Source: Mobula birostris (Eukaryota). Taken from it: 64,000 bases of DNA. The notes under the pieces were generated by a model. It saw nothing but the letters and a program-made list of their open reading frames with translations, did no database searches and was not told where the DNA came from. The stretch is from the NCBI RefSeq assembly GCF_030028105.1, contig NC_092374.1:8856998-8920997 (forward strand), in the 5' to 3' direction. Below are positions 62,609-64,000 of this stretch, piece after piece; the first letter of the stretch is position 1, and every line of letters starts with the position of its first letter. Position numbers and translations under genes: made by a program.

Positions 62609-62666
62609 ATGACCTTCCCTCCCCTCCTGCTCTTCCTAATACTCCTGACCGCGGTGGTCATCTCAG
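62609..62666 (+). CDS. Signal-peptide exon (MTFPPLLLFLILLTAVVIS-G) of a second secreted or type I membrane protein gene; remainder lies outside the window
   Basis: ATG, 19-residue hydrophobic leader and CAG|GTAGGT phase-1 donor, set in a non-repetitive CpG-rich region. Confidence 0.78.
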
Positions 62667-62742
62667 GTAGGTTCCTTTCCCCGCTCTCTCTCTCTCAGGC
62701 TCATGGTCGGTAACTAGATAAAACATGGATACCGGGAAGTAA

Positions 62743-63118
62743 NNNNNNNNNNNNNNNNNNNNNNNNNNNNNNNNNNNNNNNNNNNNNNNNNNNNNNNNNN
62801 NNNNNNNNNNNNNNNNNNNNNNNNNNNNNNNNNNNNNNNNNNNNNNNNNNNNNNNNNNNNNNNNNNNNNNNNNNNNNNNNNNNNNNNNNNNNNNNNNNNN
62901 NNNNNNNNNNNNNNNNNNNNNNNNNNNNNNNNNNNNNNNNNNNNNNNNNNNNNNNNNNNNNNNNNNNNNNNNNNNNNNNNNNNNNNNNNNNNNNNNNNNN
63001 NNNNNNNNNNNNNNNNNNNNNNNNNNNNNNNNNNNNNNNNNNNNNNNNNNNNNNNNNNNNNNNNNNNNNNNNNNNNNNNNNNNNNNNNNNNNNNNNNNNN
63101 NNNNNNNNNNNNNNNNNN
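62743..63118. other. Assembly gap (N run) in intron 1 of the second gene
   Basis: Run of N. Confidence 1.
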
Positions 63119-64000
63119 CCGTTTTAATTCCCGTCGTATCTTTCCACATAGAACTTAAAGGACCCGTGAAGGCCACACACCACACAGAACTGGCATAAAG
63201 GTTACCCTTTCATGCCCACGGTGTGTGTCATGTGGTGACCGTGATTTTCTTGCCTTTGAGGCGAGAGACTGTGATAAAATACATATCCTCGGGGCAACAG
63301 GGGTGGGATCAAAAATTGGTTCAAATTAGAACCGTGAGTTCAGAGTTGTAGAATTCTAAACCACTCTGTGTCTCTGCTAAAACTCAGGGCAGAAAGCAGC
63401 ACCACACTGACAGGCCATTCATCTCACTATGTTGTGCTGATCCCGCTGCCAATTTATATTAGGAGCCATGATGAAAGGTTTAGGTCCAAAAGTCAACTGA
63501 TTATTCTTCTCCATTGATACTGCCTGACCTGCTGAGTTCCTCCAGTGTTGTGTGTGTGTTGCTCAGGATTTCCAGCATCTGCAGAATCTCTGGTTATTTA
63601 CTAAATGGCCTCCCCATATCCCTCCATCCCCTTCTTATTCATTGGTCTGTCTAAAAACTTCTTAAAATCCACCAAGCAGCCTGTTTCCATTATTATCACA
63701 GCAACCAATCCAGGCTTGTAAAAGGGGATGTAATTTTAAGGTGATTGGAGGAAGGTATGGTGGGGGGTGGATGTCAGAGGTATTTTTTTTTACACAGAGT
63801 GTGGGTGCCATGGATCGAGGTAGAGGCAGATGAGTTAGGGACATTTAAGAGACTCTTAGATAGGCACATGGATGATAGAAAAAATGGAGGGCTATGTGGG
63901 AGGAAAGGTTTAGAACAATCTGGGAATGGGTTAAAAGGTGGACACAACACTGTTCCATGTTCAATCAAGGCACACAAAATGCTGGAGGAACTCAGCAGGC

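Noticed and set aside
1-64000. Most six-frame ORFs as independent genes
   Set aside because: They are CR1, Rex1 or Penelope fragments, their antisense frames, or low-complexity translations. Many start at GTG/TTG, which is not meaningful for eukaryotic DNA.

Overview
Repeat-dense vertebrate genomic DNA, most consistent with a cartilaginous fish (shark/ray). The basis is the repeat mix: HE1/V-SINE-like SINEs, CR1 LINEs, Rex1/Babar-like LINEs and Penelope-like elements. Almost all ORFs in the supplied track are retroelement fragments or their antisense shadows. One host gene can be assembled on the + strand from phase-1 exons: leader 17292-17340, V-set 23032-23448, second V-set 29176-29535, and C2-set+TM 34437-34817. 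It encodes a Siglec-15-like receptor with an unusual V-V-C2 layout and a TM lysine, and both V domains lack the sialic-acid-binding Arg. The leader exon of a second gene (62609-62666) follows candidate IRF/ETS/NF-kB sites. The most interesting non-coding signals are two predicted ribozyme systems. (i) A 555-bp TSD-flanked, apparently non-coding retroelement in intron 3 (sense) whose 5' end folds as an HDV-like ribozyme with an extra hairpin in L3. (ii) Many Penelope-derived minimal hammerhead motifs, several inside short palindromic TSD-flanked insertions. Two assembly gaps are present (14368-14504, 62743-63118). All folds, alignments and family calls were made by eye from recalled consensus sequences; no database search was run.
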